Source: Octopus bimaculoides
Taxonomy: Eukaryota
DNA: 52,025 nucleotides
Direction: 5' to 3'
Assembly (NCBI RefSeq): GCF_001194135.2
Contig: NC_068994.1
Location: forward strand, 28,368,549 to 28,420,573
In this document: in pieces, positions 49,707 through 52,025 of the stretch
How positions within the stretch are numbered: position 1 is the first letter of the stretch
Layout of the letters: every line of letters starts with the position of its first letter
The notes under the pieces: generated by a model
Seen by the model: only the letters and a program-made list of their open reading frames with translations
Database searches by the model: none
What the model was told of the DNA's origin: nothing
Program-made: the position numbers and the translations under genes

Positions 49707-50634
49707 ATAATCTAAAGGGCAACAAACGAAAATCGGCCCCAAAATCATTAATGGTAACATAGCTCACTGTCATAAGATTAATATCTCGTGGATTATTTTT
49801 TTAATGATAGCAACACAATTGCTCCGAACTAAAATCGCCTCGCCACGATATTCCAGTTGAACAAATCCGACAGAAACCTAATCTTTTTCCATCGAGGTGT
49901 AAATTGGACATCATTCAATACACTACGATTTGGGGGCGACGGATTCGCTGTCTATAGAAGACCAAGCGACTTCGGAGATGCCCCTTATCCATTCGTTCTT
50001 TTAGCACTAGGTCAACAGCTACCGAGAAAACCTATAATTTCAGTCGTACTTGGCGTGACTATCCTGCCTTTTAACTTTAAGGACTAAATATTAATGTTTA
50101 AAGATATCAGTAATGAATGAAGAAGATTTGTCTGTCATAAACTACCCTACTACAACTAACATACATTGGACACATGCTCTAACATAACTTGCATTACAAA
50201 TAAAATTTAAACGGAAAGACAGGTTGACTATGTGACTGAGATATCGAAATACAATGCTCCACATGAGGGAAGGCGTAAAAGATAACCAGATGAATCAATG
50301 TATTAATTCTACAGTTGAACTGAAAACTAGAATATATATATTTAGTAAATTTCTGTTATTACCATAATCATTATTAAAATGCATCTCAGTGATTATGTTA
50401 AACAAATATAAAAACAATAGCATGTAATATATGTCGCTGTCACGCTGAGAGCCGATCAGCAATGTTTATCAGTGGATAATTCGTAGTTAAATTAAAGCAT
50501 CTAAAAACAAAAATCTATATGAAGGAAAGAATAATATATTAAATTTATATCTATATCGATATTTTAACACACAACGCTATATTAGAAGGAAAAATTTAGT
50601 TAATTCATGAAGACAATCAAGAATTTAGACATAC

Positions 50635-50662
50635 CTCAGATAACGGCGCTAGCGGAAGAGAA
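50635..50662 (-). promoter_or_regulatory. RPS7: RPS7 non-coding exon 1 with 5'TOP/TCT-type pyrimidine start
   Basis: Minus strand ttCTCTTCCgctagcgccgttatctgag|GTATGT. The exact TSS is inferred (~50660). Confidence 0.75.
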
Positions 50663-50707
50663 CGAATCTCGTTGTGGATTACTGAAGTCTCGTTACAACA
50701 AAACAAA

Positions 50708-50715
50708 CCGGAAGT
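50708..50715 (+). promoter_or_regulatory. ETS/GABP-type motif CCGGAAGT in the RPS7-RNASEH1 divergent promoter
   Basis: Exact consensus ~50 bp upstream of the inferred RPS7 TSS. It is a short motif and function is not shown. Confidence 0.45.
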
Positions 50716-50814
50716 TGGTTACAACGTGCGCCGGTAATAAACAATTTTTTATTTATTGTTTTAAAGAAGTTTTTTTTTTTTAAACAAAACAATGCTTTGT
50801 CAATTATAATTTAT

Positions 50815-50975
50815 TATAAGGTGGCGAGCTGGCAGAAACGTTTAGCGGTATTTCGTCTGTTCTGAGTTCAAATTCTGCCGAAGTCGACAAATTAAGTACC
50901 AGTTGCGTACTGAGTCGACTTAATCGACTGGCCCCCTCCCCAAAAATTTCGGTCTTGTGCCTAGAGTAGGAAAAG
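50815..50975 (+). mobile_element. Internally shortened SINE with 13-bp TSD inside the divergent promoter
   Basis: Head aaggtggcgagctggcagaa...gagttcaaattctgcc; AATTATAATTTAT at 50802-50814 and 50976-50988. Confidence 0.75.
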
Positions 50976-51215
50976 AATTATAATTTATGAAGTTTTAGAT
51001 TATAAGTGAAATTAAATTACTCAAAACTAGAAGTCGAAACGTGGCTTCGTTGCCCCCTGCCACCACCTTGTTCCGTTAGATTTCTTTGTTTAGTGTTACG
51101 AATGGCTTGTGTAGAAATCTTATATTTACCACGCCCTGTATTCAGACACCCACACATTTTCCGTTTTATATTCCTAGAAAACCGTTAACTGTTGCAGATA
51201 CTGTTCTATTTTTGT

Positions 51216-51358
51216 ATGACATCAGTAGCTGCTAGCCTCTTAAGACGACCGACCAGTACTTTGAATACACTCAAGTTTGCTTGCTGCTTAGATAATTTTA
51301 TCGTCATGCCTTTCTATGCTGTGAAAAAAGGACGTGTACCCGGCGTATATGAGACATG
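51216..51358 (+). CDS. RNASEH1: Ribonuclease H1, first coding exon (two in-frame AUGs at 51216 and 51306)
   Basis: MTSVAASLLRRPTSTLNTLKFACCLDNFIV-MPFYAVKKGRVPGVYET(W)|gtgaga. FYAV.KGR.PGVY.TW is the RNase H1 hybrid-binding-domain start. The rest of the gene is outside the window. Confidence 0.85.
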
Positions 51359-52025
51359 GTGAGACAATATTATTATTAATTATTATTTGCCATTAATTGC
51401 CGACGAGAATGTATCATAGCTCTCCACTCCAACATTCGAAACTCTGAGTACTATAATAACTTTTTACTGTTTGTTCTAAATTATAATATATATATATATT
51501 TATATATAGGTAGTGTGGGGAGATGTTAACTTTCCAACTCATGAAGTACTTGGTACTAAAAAAAATAACAATTTAATCTTAAAAAATTCAAAACCTTTGC
51601 GGTTTCATTTATTATTTATATCCCATACAGGTGTAAATAATGAAATTATTCGAACGATGGATTGCTTGGCATTATTCAGACTTGGCGGACTTTTCCAAAA
51701 CTCAGTCGGACTTTACTGTCATTTAAACACCGGTAGATTTCCGAAACACCGGAGATCAACAGGCGAGTGAAGTGGTGTCGAGATTCCATTTGTTTTCTAG
51801 TCTGTCAAATTTTCTTATATTGATGGTAAAAGACCAGATTGTATGATTTTTTTCACCCGTTAGCAAAAAAAAACAAACCCTAACCAGCTGGGTGTTAACA
51901 ACTGTGTAGAAAACGAATATGACAAAAGAAAAAAAAATTGCGCAAACGAACCGGCAGAGGACTTTCGGATAATTCATAAGATCCGATTTTCCCGTCATAA
52001 CTTTCGGGAAAATGTGTATATATAT

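Noticed and set aside
37938-50634. U17/SNORA73 snoRNA copies, which RPS7 introns host in Xenopus and Fugu
   Set aside because: I found neither m1 (AUAUUCCUA) nor m2 (AAACCAU) on the RPS7 strand in any intron. A diverged copy, or one inside a gap, cannot be excluded.
51168-51186. ATATTCCTAGAAAACCGT resembling U17 m1+m2
   Set aside because: The two motifs are adjacent with no intervening hairpin or terminal ACA box, and they are on the strand opposite RPS7; treated as chance.

Overview
AT-rich, intron-rich, repeat-dense animal genomic DNA with six assembly gaps. The SINE/LINE-tail families look like those of octopus; that species call is an inference. Three genes can be reconstructed by hand from GT-AG exons. 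(1) PEX13 on +: 5 coding exons from 17916 to 33414, 379 aa. (2) RPS7 on -: a 5'TOP non-coding exon plus 6 coding exons from 48549 to 37860, 193 aa. (3) The first coding exon of RNASEH1 on +, head-to-head with RPS7, with two in-frame AUGs (51216 and 51306). A possible fourth gene starts on - at about 7239. Most of the remaining sequence is transposon debris: a Penelope-like element, a Ty3/gypsy element with a nested SINE, a solo LTR, RTE and CR1-type LINE fragments, piggyBac, hAT and Tigger remnants, MITEs and SINEs. The most striking feature the ORF track does not show is a ~930 bp fold-back at 13039-13968. It is built from a ~330 bp repeat unit that carries a type I hammerhead ribozyme, i.e. 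a retrozyme-like array, and it sits next to the Penelope element. A further stand-alone hammerhead lies at 2132-2177. All coordinates and RNA structures were read by eye; no searches or folding programs were run.
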